20,571 nucleotides of DNA, from positions 64,076-84,646 of IMG/VR virus record IMGVR_UViG_3300010365_001539; one strand, written 5' to 3'. The position numbers and the translations under genes were made by a program. Source of the stretch: a virus. Taxonomy: Duplodnaviria; Heunggongvirae; Uroviricota; Caudoviricetes. Every line of letters begins with the position of its first letter. Position 1 is the first letter of the stretch. Below are positions 1 to 7,712 of the stretch, piece after piece. Below the pieces are notes generated by a model. The model saw only the letters and a list, made by a program, of their open reading frames with translations, ran no database searches and was not told where the DNA came from.

Positions 1-195
1 ACAGAAACACATACCTATAAGAAATGGGGATTGTTTGGTGATACCATCACAGAAGAAGTGCCAAAACATGTATTCACTATTGATGAAGCAATAACCAATC
101 CAAACAAATCTAAAGAGTGGTGGGAGAAAGAATTATTAAAAGAGATTAAACTACTTGATCGTAAAGAAGAAATCGAAAGAGGTGAGTTTATATAA
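1..195 (+). CDS. Hypothetical protein, 3' part only (5' end outside window)
   Basis: Frame 1 open from base 1 (TETHTYKKWGLFGD...ERGEFI) to TAA at 193-195. Confidence 0.6.
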   Translation, partial: TETHTYKKWGLFGDTITEEVPKHVFTIDEAITNPNKSKEWWEKELLKEIKLLDRKEEIERGEFI

Positions 196-206
196 CAACT
201 AAACCA

Positions 207-395
207 ATGAGAAATAAGATAACAAGAAAAGATAAAAAAAAACTAAGAGCCATAATGCTATGTCATACTGGGAATCCTGATTGTAGAAAAACTACCTATG
301 GGAAAGAACATTGGTTGAGACTCAAAATTATGTATAAAGTATGGTTGTCTTGTTTTAGAATGAGTGATAGAAAAACAGCTAATACAGTAAGATAA
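207..395 (+). CDS. Small basic hypothetical protein
   Basis: 62-aa ORF in the same orientation as its neighbours. Its stop overlaps the next ATG (TAATG). Confidence 0.5.
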   Translation: MRNKITRKDKKKLRAIMLCHTGNPDCRKTTYGKEHWLRLKIMYKVWLSCFRMSDRKTANTVR

Positions 396-508
396 TGGCA
401 GAAATAGGTATACCAGTAAGATTAAAAGTTAAAATGGTTATTGGTGGGATAGGTGGAGTTGCAATAATAGTTCCTTTAGTACTAAAAGTGGTTGGTATTA
501 TAAAATAA
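395..508 (+). CDS. Possible 37-aa hydrophobic peptide (MAEIGIPVRLKVKMVIGGIGGVAIIVPLVLKVVGIIK)
   Basis: ATG overlaps the previous TAA. One hydrophobic stretch. Too short for the ORF track. Confidence 0.3.
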   Translation: MAEIGIPVRLKVKMVIGGIGGVAIIVPLVLKVVGIIK

Positions 509-585
509 TATAAAAATTACAAAAAGTGAGTTTTTATACTTAATATATAATCATATAAAAAATAATAATTTAAAAATACAATAAT

Positions 586-951
586 ATGGAATGTACAATA
601 TGTAAAGATTTATGGAGAGTATCTGTAAAATTAATAACGACTTTAAAATATTTTTTTCATAAAGATTTTATAAAACAAAATTACGATAAACATTTTTTTT
701 ATACTAGAGAGATTTTAATATATCTTTTTATAATACTAAGTTTTTTACCATCATTTAGGGAAACCCAAATGGTCTTTAAAGTACTATTAGGATTTATTAT
801 AGGTGGTGGAATAAATTGGTTTAGAGAAACCACATTACAAGCTAAATATAAAGCTCCATTTTCAGAAGAAGACATTATATTTGGAAGCTATGGGGGTTTG
901 ACAGCTGGAATTATAATTGACTTAGGATTAACACTTTTAAAATTAAAATAA
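586..951 (+). CDS. Small multi-pass membrane protein
   Basis: Three hydrophobic segments (ILIYLFIILSFL, FKVLLGFIIGGGINW, IIFGSYGGLTAGIIIDLGL). TAATATATA motif upstream at 541-549. Confidence 0.7.
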   Translation: MECTICKDLWRVSVKLITTLKYFFHKDFIKQNYDKHFFYTREILIYLFIILSFLPSFRETQMVFKVLLGFIIGGGINWFRETTLQAKYKAPFSEEDIIFGSYGGLTAGIIIDLGLTLLKLK

Positions 952-1026
952 TATTAATATAAAAACATAAGTTTTTTTGACTTTTTAAATATAATATATA
1001 CATTATAAAAAAGTATAAAAATAGAA

Positions 1027-2529
1027 ATGAAAAAAATAATAGTAACTTTATTTTTACTAGTAACAATTATTAGTAATTCACAAACAACTCAAATAAGTTA
1101 TCAACCAAGTAATGATATTATAGCAAATCCAGATAGAGGTATGTATTATCACACTTCTACTAATTCAAGTGGATATAGTTTATTAAATCAAACTACTTTA
1201 ACTAATAAAAGACTAAATGATAAAATAACTTTAATTCTCAGAGTGTTTTATTTAGAAGATTTTAAAACATCTGCAATATCTCAATCTTATTTAGACAATA
1301 TGCAGATAGATTTTAATAGATGCAGAAATGCAGGAGTTAAAGCCATAGTTAGATTTGCCTATAATAGTAGTTCCTCTCAAACAGATGCAAGTAAAACTAT
1401 TGTATTACAACATATTAATCAATTATCTTCTGTAATAAATGAAAATAAAGATGTAATAGTTTGTATTCAAGCAGGATTCATAGGTAGTTGGGGAGAGGGA
1501 TATTATACAACTAATTTTGGAAATGCAGGAAATTTAACAAACCAAAACATAATTGACAGGAATGAAGTATTGAAAGCAGAGTTAGATAATTTTAATAGTG
1601 TACTACAAGTTAGAACACCACTGTTTAAAACTAGATTTATTGGAGATTTAAACCCATTAAATTCTTTTGAAGATAATTACAGAGGGAGAATAGGACACCA
1701 TAATGATAGCTTTCTATCAAGTAATTCAGAACAAGGAACATACAGTAATGTAGCACAAGAAAGAGCTTATGTAAAACAAGACTCAAAATTTGTTCCAGTT
1801 GGAGGAGAAGCAAATGAATACCCAACTGCCTACACTGATAATGTTTTAACAGATATGGATGAATATAATTATACTTATTTTAATTCTGTTGGTTATGCAT
1901 CAGGAATTATAGCTGATTGGGATTCAAAAGGATGGTTATCCACCATTAAAAAGAAGCTAGGATATAGATTTAATTTAAAAGCTAGTGATTTTACAATTAA
2001 TAATAACACATTAACAGTTAATATACAGATTAGAAATGAAGGTTTTTCAACTCCTTTTAAATATAGAAAAGTATATTTAATGTTGAATGATATTCCATAT
2101 GAAATAAATACAGATATTAGAACTTGGACAACCGAATTAACAATATCTACCATAATAGATATAAGTAGTTTAAGTAATGGAATCTATAACACCTATCTTT
2201 ACATCCCAGATAATGATAACCCAACAAATCCAAATTATGCTATACAACTAGCAAATGTAAATACTTGGGAACAATCAACTGGCTTTAATAAGTTGAATTA
2301 TTCTTTTGAAAAAACAGATTTAGGTGTTAATACATTAAATGAAATGGATAGTTTTTACTATGAAGATAGCAGTATTATTTTACCATCAGAATTAGAGTTT
2401 GGAGTGTATAATATGTTAGGTCAAAAGGTATATTCAGATACATCTGACAAGATAGAGTTAGGTAGTTTACAAAAAGGAATTTATATAGTTAAATTCAAAA
2501 ACTATAAATCAATTAAAATAGTAAAATAA
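1027..2529 (+). CDS. Secreted DUF4874/DUF4832-like (glycoside-hydrolase-like TIM barrel) protein with T9SS type A C-terminal sorting domain
   Basis: N-terminal signal peptide MKKIIVTLFLLVTIISNSQ. Family motifs NPDRGMY, QAGFIGSWGE, GHHNDSFL, VGGE, KKLGYRF. C-terminus YNMLGQKV...LQKGIYIVK...KIVK is typical of Por/T9SS sorting domains. Confidence 0.8.
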   Translation: MKKIIVTLFLLVTIISNSQTTQISYQPSNDIIANPDRGMYYHTSTNSSGYSLLNQTTLTNKRLNDKITLILRVFYLEDFKTSAISQSYLDNMQIDFNRCRNAGVKAIVRFAYNSSSSQTDASKTIVLQHINQLSSVINENKDVIVCIQAGFIGSWGEGYYTTNFGNAGNLTNQNIIDRNEVLKAELDNFNSVLQVRTPLFKTRFIGDLNPLNSFEDNYRGRIGHHNDSFLSSNSEQGTYSNVAQERAYVKQDSKFVPVGGEANEYPTAYTDNVLTDMDEYNYTYFNSVGYASGIIADWDSKGWLSTIKKKLGYRFNLKASDFTINNNTLTVNIQIRNEGFSTPFKYRKVYLMLNDIPYEINTDIRTWTTELTISTIIDISSLSNGIYNTYLYIPDNDNPTNPNYAIQLANVNTWEQSTGFNKLNYSFEKTDLGVNTLNEMDSFYYEDSSIILPSELEFGVYNMLGQKVYSDTSDKIELGSLQKGIYIVKFKNYKSIKIVK

Positions 2530-2762
2530 TGAGCTGTCAAGGGAAAACAAAAAGCAGATGTGGTAAAAAACAATATAGTGCCTGTATATTTTATGAGAAA
2601 GACTTACCCGATTTTTCGGAGTTACAGGATTGTGTAACAATAGAAGAGACAACAGAAGAATTGTACAATTTAGTTGGAGAAATAAAAGAGGAATTAGACC
2701 TATCTACTTTAGACAACGAATGCTTAACATTTCCATCTATTGTAAATTTAAAGTCTGTATAA
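2529..2762 (+). CDS. Cys-rich phage-type protein, apparently C-terminally truncated
   Basis: Coupled to the upstream gene by TAATG. MSC...RCG...SAC...DC pattern recalls Flavobacteriia phage late-region proteins. Ends abruptly where HAD-gene sequence begins. Confidence 0.55.
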   Translation: MSCQGKTKSRCGKKQYSACIFYEKDLPDFSELQDCVTIEETTEELYNLVGEIKEELDLSTLDNECLTFPSIVNLKSV

Positions 2763-3175
2763 ACCTAATCTCAATACTTGATGATGAAGGACAACTAGCC
2801 AGTCCTCAACTACCTAAAGACATCAAAAACTACCTTATAGATATAGATGGTACTATCACTGATGATGTACCTAATGAAGAACCTGAAAGAATGTCTGTGG
2901 TTATACCTTATGCTGGTTCTATTGAAACCTTAAACAAATGGTATGAACAAGGTCATATAATAACATTCTTTACTTCCAGAACAGAAGAACATAGAGACAT
3001 AACTGAAGCTTGGTTAGATAAATGGGGATATAAGTATCATGGATTACTTATGAATAAACCAAGAGGTGGTAACTATCATTGGGTAGATAACCATATAGTA
3101 AAAGGAACAAGATATGAAGGTGTATGGAGTGATCTGGTTAAAGAAGAAAGAACAATAGAAGTATTCCCATCATGA
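2720..3175 (+). CDS. HAD-superfamily phosphatase of the small Bacteroidota type (often annotated phosphoheptose isomerase). Native 5' end apparently lost.
   Basis: DIDGT motif I, FFTSR motif II, KPRGGNYHWVDNH. Homologous-looking sequence starts near 2759 (INLISILDDEG). The nearest in-frame ATG upstream of the DxDxT motif is 2720, inside the previous ORF. Confidence 0.8.
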   Translation: MLNISIYCKFKVCINLISILDDEGQLASPQLPKDIKNYLIDIDGTITDDVPNEEPERMSVVIPYAGSIETLNKWYEQGHIITFFTSRTEEHRDITEAWLDKWGYKYHGLLMNKPRGGNYHWVDNHIVKGTRYEGVWSDLVKEERTIEVFPS

Positions 3176-3177
3176 AA

Positions 3178-3843
3178 CTACTCAACACATTTGAAATTCT
3201 TTAAGGTAGTAACTGGTTCTTTACCAATCTCCTTTAAAAAGGCATTTAAAATTGTTAATGAACAACAAGGATTACCATCTTCATCTAAATAGGTAGGATC
3301 CATATAATTGAATAGTTCTAATTTATCCTTATCTTTAAATAATTCCCATATTTCAAATATTGGATTAGTAATAATACAAGTAAAGTCTTTACCTATTGTT
3401 CCTATACCCAAAAATGACATTAATTTACCTTTCTCTCCACTAGAAGTTTGACATATATAATTACCTCCTACTGACTTAGGACCACCTTCTAATGAAGTTA
3501 ATTGGTTTCCAGAACAACCAAATGAATCTCCTACTGTCTCAGGGCCACCTTCTAATGAAGTTAATTGATTTCTAGAACAATCAAAATATCCTGATACAAT
3601 TTGTGGAGCACCTTCTAATGAAGTTAATTGATTTCTGTCACACTTAAAATTATTAACTTTCCTAAATTTTAATGGAAGCTTAGTTAATCCTAAATTTGTC
3701 AACCTAACACTATCATCATAAACATCTATACTTCCATCCTCATTTATAGTATATTCTTTTATATCATATTTCTTACATATAAATACAATTTCTTGTCTCT
3801 CTTGCGGACTTAAATTTTCAAAAATTCTTCTTAAATATTTCAT
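3178..3843 (-). CDS. Leucine-rich repeat protein (LTSLEGxP 21-aa repeats) with MKYLRRIFEN leader
   Basis: Three NQLTSLEG(A/G)PxxVxxxFxC repeats plus a degenerate LTKLPLKF repeat. Start at 3843 preferred over 3873 because TAATATATA lies 5 nt upstream and the N-terminus matches the array leader. Confidence 0.8.
   Translation of the reverse strand: MKYLRRIFENLSPQERQEIVFICKKYDIKEYTINEDGSIDVYDDSVRLTNLGLTKLPLKFRKVNNFKCDRNQLTSLEGAPQIVSGYFDCSRNQLTSLEGGPETVGDSFGCSGNQLTSLEGGPKSVGGNYICQTSSGEKGKLMSFLGIGTIGKDFTCIITNPIFEIWELFKDKDKLELFNYMDPTYLDEDGNPCCSLTILNAFLKEIGKEPVTTLKNFKCVE
3485..3630. repeat. Three identical 20-mers CCTTCTAATGAAGTTAATTG at 63-bp period (coding LRR units)
   Basis: Copies at 3485-3504, 3548-3567 and 3611-3630. 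Confidence 0.9.
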
Positions 3844-3951
3844 AAATCTATATATTATTTTTCTATACCACATATTTGGTTAATACATTTATTCTCCTTA
3901 CATTTGTATCACTGAATTGGTAATCAATCCAACAGGGGGCGTACTATAATG

Positions 3952-4590
3952 GTGGAAGAGTGGACTCCGTTATTGATTATTAAAAAAATAAGTAGGGTAT
4001 TTATCACTATCAATTCTTTTTCTAATTGTTCTATGTGCTAAAGATAATGCAATAGTAGCCTTCTTTATACTACTGTATTCCACACCATCTATAGTACAAC
4101 CAAATCCTAGTGTTTTACTTATATTGTCTTTCCAATCTTCTGTTAGAATTACTTTCTTTCTAGCATCTGATAATTTTTTTCTTTCTTCTTCTGACCATAC
4201 TTTACCATAACAAGGATTATTTTTACCTTTATTTAATAATCTTAATTTGTCAATAGTTTCTTTAGTATGTTTACCATCTTCACCACCATCTGTACTATTG
4301 GTTAAATTAGTAAATTGTGTGATCCAGTATTTCTCCCTTTCAGACCAATTTAATTCATTACACTCTTCTATTAGTTCTATTATAGGTAGTTTATTAGAAG
4401 TTTTTAATTTTTTAATCCATTTAACCTTATGACTATTATCTTTCAAATCAGTTACATGTTCTCTATGTCTATGTTTTAATTCTCTACCTGTCTTTCCTAT
4501 GTATCTTACTTCTTTTGTATCTGGGTCTAAAAGACCATATATTCTTATTATATCCATATACTATATATAAAATAGAGTCCACTCTCCTAC
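3952..4590. mobile_element. Endonuclease cassette bounded by 16-bp imperfect inverted repeats
   Basis: GTGGAAGAGTGGACTC (3952-3967) and GAGTCCACTCTCCTAC (4575-4590) are complementary at 14 of 16 positions, with the inner 11 bp perfect. They enclose only the gene and its upstream motif. Confidence 0.6.
3970..4557 (-). CDS. GIY-YIG homing endonuclease with NUMOD3-like DNA-binding repeats
   Basis: RIYG...RYIGKT motif, R...H, E (REKYWI), N (LTNSTDGGE), then KHTKETIDKL and KVWSEEERKKLS repeats and a C-terminal helix-turn-helix-like EYSSIKKAT segment. Confidence 0.88.
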   Translation of the reverse strand: MDIIRIYGLLDPDTKEVRYIGKTGRELKHRHREHVTDLKDNSHKVKWIKKLKTSNKLPIIELIEECNELNWSEREKYWITQFTNLTNSTDGGEDGKHTKETIDKLRLLNKGKNNPCYGKVWSEEERKKLSDARKKVILTEDWKDNISKTLGFGCTIDGVEYSSIKKATIALSLAHRTIRKRIDSDKYPTYFFNNQ

Positions 4591-4595
4591 CCAAT

Positions 4596-4627
4596 TATTG
4601 TTAAAAAATGCACAGATTTTAACAATA
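4596..4627. other. Perfect 11-bp inverted repeat (hairpin or operator)
   Basis: TATTGTTAAAA (4596-4606), 10-nt loop, TTTTAACAATA (4617-4627). Confidence 0.75.
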
Positions 4628-4629
4628 GG

Positions 4630-4661
4630 TTTGGTAGAACCATATAACTTCCTTATCTTTG
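4630..4661 (+). promoter_or_regulatory. Bacteroidota primary-sigma promoter (-33 TTTG / -7 TAnnTTTG)
   Basis: TTTG 4630-4633, 20-nt spacer, TATCTTTG 4654-4661, ahead of ATG 4685. Confidence 0.8.
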
Positions 4662-4684
4662 TGTAACAAATAAAGAGATATACT

Positions 4685-5053
4685 ATGGCTTATATTACTA
4701 CAGAGAAGGTTAAAGAAATGAGAGATAAATTAAAAGAATTGTTCCCAGCTAAAAAAGGATGGAAGCTTTCTATAACCAGAGAACACTATTCTGGTGTTAA
4801 CTGTTCTATTCTTACTGCTCCTTTTGAATTAAGATTAGATACCACTAGAACTAATGAGAGTGTTAACCATTACTATGTTAAAGAACATTATAATGATAAC
4901 CCAGCATCTAAAGAAGCACTCTTGAGTATATTACAAGTTTTGAATACAAATAACTATAACAACTCAGATGCTCAATCTGATTACTTTGATGTAGGTCACT
5001 ATGTTAGTTTAAGTATTGGTAAATGGGATAAACCTTTTTCAGTTAAAAAATAA
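4685..5053 (+). CDS. Conserved phage early hypothetical protein (possibly an LPD-type polyvalent-protein domain)
   Basis: Motifs LSITREHYSG and SDAQSDYFDVGHYVSLSIGKWDKPF are familiar from phage early genes. First gene behind a host-type promoter. Confidence 0.7.
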   Translation: MAYITTEKVKEMRDKLKELFPAKKGWKLSITREHYSGVNCSILTAPFELRLDTTRTNESVNHYYVKEHYNDNPASKEALLSILQVLNTNNYNNSDAQSDYFDVGHYVSLSIGKWDKPFSVKK

Positions 5054-5067
5054 TAATAATAATCACT

Positions 5068-5166
5068 ATGAGTGCAATTAAAGAATACTACCATGAACAA
5101 ATATGCCAAGGTCTTGAAGAACAAAGAAAATACCTTGAAACACTAGAAAAAGAAGCTAATGACTAA
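5068..5166 (+). CDS. 32-aa hypothetical peptide (MSAIKEYYHEQICQGLEEQRKYLETLEKEAND)
   Basis: Fills the gap between two + genes and overlaps the next ATG. Confidence 0.55.
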   Translation: MSAIKEYYHEQICQGLEEQRKYLETLEKEAND

Positions 5167-5413
5167 CCAAGAAACACTATTAATACAACAAGGTTTTGAG
5201 TTCACTCACCAAGACAACTCAAGAACACACTACTGCAAAGACTTAGGTGGTGATGGTTTCACATACCTACATATATTCCTGAAACCTGATGGTTCTTTCT
5301 CTGGTGAACTACAAGAGTTCCTATATGAAGATGATGGTTCTCAATATGACCAAATCACAAAAGAATATGTAGAAGAAGGTGAAACATTACAAGACTTCCT
5401 AAATAGAATATAA
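5159..5413 (+). CDS. Acidic hypothetical protein
   Basis: 84-aa ORF in the operon. Its stop overlaps the next ATG. Confidence 0.7.
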   Translation: MTNQETLLIQQGFEFTHQDNSRTHYCKDLGGDGFTYLHIFLKPDGSFSGELQEFLYEDDGSQYDQITKEYVEEGETLQDFLNRI

Positions 5414-5615
5414 TGAAAAGAATAACCATCTATAAGAAACTGTGGAACTTATCACCAGACCTTATTTACAATATTCACCAGGTGGATTATACTCACATAA
5501 ATTAAGTATAGTGATTGATTTTAATGGTGAACCCTATGATATAACTGTAATTAAAAGTGATTTCATAACTGTAGAACAATGGAGAAATAATCAACTCAAT
5601 AAGATTCTTTCTTAA
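5413..5615 (+). pseudogene. Frameshifted small gene with C-terminal RxxQLNKIL tag
   Basis: MKRITIYK frame closes after 30 codons. A second frame reads ETVELITRPYLQYSPGG...VEQWRNNQLNKILS to TAA 5613-5615. Adding one A in TATAAGAAACT joins the two. Confidence 0.55.
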
Positions 5616-5812
5616 CCTGGTGAACCATTCTTGTCACCAGGTTTCATACCATGTCTTTCTAAGAACTCTTCTAAGATCAACTCTATTAGTCTTGGTCTGA
5701 TGTAATCATGCTCTTCACAGTAGGTGGTGAATTCATCATGTACAACATCACTTATAAACACTACCACACGCTTTGTAGGTAACTTAAATCCTTTTTTAGC
5801 CTTCTCATACAT
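5612..5812 (-). CDS. Ribbon-helix-helix-like (CopG/Arc-type) DNA-binding protein
   Basis: KRVVVFI (strand), SDVVHDEFTTYCEEH (helix), RPRLIELILEEFLER (helix). Start at 5812 has TTATATATA 5 nt upstream, so the longer 5920 start is unlikely. Confidence 0.6.
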   Translation of the reverse strand: MYEKAKKGFKLPTKRVVVFISDVVHDEFTTYCEEHDYIRPRLIELILEEFLERHGMKPGDKNGSPG

Positions 5813-5930
5813 ATGAATATATATAATGTCTTGGTGGCTACCTATTTGCATAATTGCAAAAACTTGCAAGTACAAAAGTGAGTGTTTGAACCAAGAACTT
5901 ACAGGAGCTGATAGGATCAACTATAAATCT

Positions 5931-5956
5931 TGTTAAAAAACAACCATTTTTTAACA
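5931..5956. other. Perfect 10-bp inverted repeat
   Basis: TGTTAAAAAA (5931-5940), CAACCA, TTTTTTAACA (5947-5956). Same arm core as 4596-4627. Confidence 0.75.
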
Positions 5957-6000
5957 GCTTTGGTAAAATAATCATTTTTCACTCATTTTACTAGTTTCAA

Positions 6001-6273
6001 CTATTTTTCAAGAATTTTTATTAAATTGTGCTCTCTTACACATTGTTTAGCTAGTTTGATAGCTTCATTATAGAATTTATTATTGACTTCATTTACTCTA
6101 TTATAATCTATAAAAACAATATATTGGTGAATATAATCACCAGGCCATATAGTAATTATTTCATCTGTGTTTGATGGTAGAAGAGGTAGTATATCATTAA
6201 TATCATTAGATATTTTATACCCAAGTATAATTCTTTCATCATTAGAGTAATCATATTTGAGTAGTATATACAT
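6001..6273 (-). CDS. Small hypothetical protein with C-terminal tag (VREHNLIKIL)
   Basis: 90-aa ORF. Terminal motif shared with neighbours. Confidence 0.65.
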   Translation of the reverse strand: MYILLKYDYSNDERIILGYKISNDINDILPLLPSNTDEIITIWPGDYIHQYIVFIDYNRVNEVNNKFYNEAIKLAKQCVREHNLIKILEK

Positions 6274-6281
6274 AATAAAAG

Positions 6282-6530
6282 TTATAATTTAATTATTTCA
6301 AAGTTTTCATACTTATTGTGTAGGTAGTCATAAACTTCTTGTTCAGAGTCATCTTCTAAATCAAGTCCTATTAAGTCAAGTTGTTTAGGTTCATCATTAG
6401 TAATTTCATATAGTGTGATTAGTTTACTTCCTGTACATTCAAGTCTATCATCACCATAATCTTCTAGTGTCTCTGACACTCTGTCTTTAGACAGTACTGC
6501 AATATCTTCTGTATAGTATATCTTTTTCAT
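6282..6530 (-). CDS. Acidic hypothetical protein
   Basis: Likely start MKKIYY at 6530. The longer 6626 start overlaps the divergent gene and reads as antisense sequence. Confidence 0.65.
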   Translation of the reverse strand: MKKIYYTEDIAVLSKDRVSETLEDYGDDRLECTGSKLITLYEITNDEPKQLDLIGLDLEDDSEQEVYDYLHNKYENFEIIKL

Positions 6531-6588
6531 ATAGATTATATGGAAACTTCTTCTATATGTTTTGATATAAACACTAAATATAATTATT

Positions 6589-7008
6589 ATGACTAAGGAG
6601 TTCCATATAGAAATGATTGATAGCATAGAAGACTATACTAAGAGGTTTACTATAGTTAGGGGTTATTGTGATATAGTTGAGAAGAAGTTGGGTGTATTTT
6701 CTTCACCTGGAAGTAACTATGTTATTACTAACAATGATTATTGGACTATGTTGGGTAATTTGCATGATGATGCTATTAAAGAGGTATTTGATGATAGTTA
6801 CTTTGGTTCTGATGATGGAGTTGAGAGAGTGGGATGTTATGAGTATAAGGCTTCAATTTATTATGAGAGTGGTACTTGGAATGAGCCTGGAGAGTTGTAT
6901 ATAGATTATATAGACTTTGTGTTTATTGAGACATTTGAGTCGAGGTTGAGAGAGCAGAAGTTGAATGAGTTGTTAGGCAAAGATTTATTTGATACCCAGT
7001 TGTTTTAG
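6589..7008 (+). CDS. Acidic hypothetical protein with C-terminal tag (LREQKLNELL)
   Basis: 139-aa ORF. Terminal motif shared with neighbours. Confidence 0.75.
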   Translation: MTKEFHIEMIDSIEDYTKRFTIVRGYCDIVEKKLGVFSSPGSNYVITNNDYWTMLGNLHDDAIKEVFDDSYFGSDDGVERVGCYEYKASIYYESGTWNEPGELYIDYIDFVFIETFESRLREQKLNELLGKDLFDTQLF

Positions 7009-7257
7009 TTTAGTTTCTCTTAGTTCTTGTATATTTATGAACATATCTTTGTTCATATAATGTGGTTCTTTTAGGTCATCTATTATACAGATTTGGTAGG
7101 TGCGTTTATCTTGAAATTGTGGATCATTGGATAGTTGGTAGTATTTGCCTATGGTTAGGTATGTACATAGGTCAGTTGTTTCACCATCTTTATTTTCTGT
7201 CCAGTTTCTTATACATTTATATAGTCCTTGATTTGGTTCTGATACATGCAACATCAT
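6985..7257 (-). CDS. Small hypothetical protein with C-terminal tag (LRETKLKQLG)
   Basis: YKCI...LTIGKYY...IIDD...MF...ELRETKL pattern. Converges on and overlaps the previous gene. Confidence 0.7.
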   Translation of the reverse strand: MMLHVSEPNQGLYKCIRNWTENKDGETTDLCTYLTIGKYYQLSNDPQFQDKRTYQICIIDDLKEPHYMNKDMFINIQELRETKLKQLGIK

Positions 7258-7264
7258 GATATTA

Positions 7265-7429
7265 TTATATAGATTTTAATTTTAGAATTCTTTCAATTTT
7301 ATGTTTTCTTAGTCTTACTTTCATATATTGAGTATATATGTCATTAATATCTTTTTGAGTTAATGTTTTCATATTAGGGTCTTTCCATTTATCAAGAGGT
7401 CTATTGATATTAATGTTCATATTATTCAT
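7265..7429 (-). CDS. 54-aa hypothetical protein with C-terminal tag (LRKHKIERIL)
   Basis: Translated by hand: MNNMNININRPLDKWKDPNMKTLTQKDINDIYTQYMKVRLRKHKIERILKLKSI. ATG directly follows the upstream stop. Confidence 0.65.
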   Translation of the reverse strand: MNNMNININRPLDKWKDPNMKTLTQKDINDIYTQYMKVRLRKHKIERILKLKSI

Positions 7430-7711
7430 TTAGTCTAAGATAGAGTTATCTATATCAATAATTAGGTTGCACCAAGAATAGACATTTTTATTTATTGTAG
7501 TTTCATCACCAAGAATTTGGTTAATTTTACTATCTCTTCTTTTTTGAATTGTGTATTGGTTGATAGCTTCTTGTATATCTTCTTTGATTACATTTTGTCT
7601 TGCTGGTGTATTGTATAGGTATGAGTACTTCATAGTTATGTCAGTAACAATTTGTTTTAAGTCATCTTCATTGAGGTCATATTTGTTTATATCATTTACT
7701 TCTATTTTCAT
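7430..7711 (-). CDS. Small hypothetical protein with tag (RRDSKINQIL)
   Basis: 93-aa ORF in a tightly packed minus-strand run. Confidence 0.7.
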   Translation of the reverse strand: MKIEVNDINKYDLNEDDLKQIVTDITMKYSYLYNTPARQNVIKEDIQEAINQYTIQKRRDSKINQILGDETTINKNVYSWCNLIIDIDNSILD

Positions 7712-7712
7712 C

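Noticed and set aside
1637-2153. Minus-strand ORFs 1637..1825 and 1893..2153
   Set aside because: Antisense shadows of the well-supported 500-aa gene, with no motifs.
2630-2719. ATG 2630 as start of the HAD gene
   Set aside because: The N-terminal extension is the alternate frame of the 2529..2762 gene and lacks protein-like character.
4247-4432. Plus-strand 61-aa ORF
   Set aside because: Antisense to the GIY-YIG gene.
3900-4640. Canonical group I intron around the GIY-YIG gene
   Set aside because: TATAGTAC only loosely resembles the S element. No matching GACTA-type P7 partner or interrupted exon pair could be identified. Kept only as an unexplained structure.
6677-7259. ORFs 6677..6904 and 7062..7259 (+)
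   Set aside because: Alternate-frame or antisense overlaps of genes that carry the C-terminal tag.
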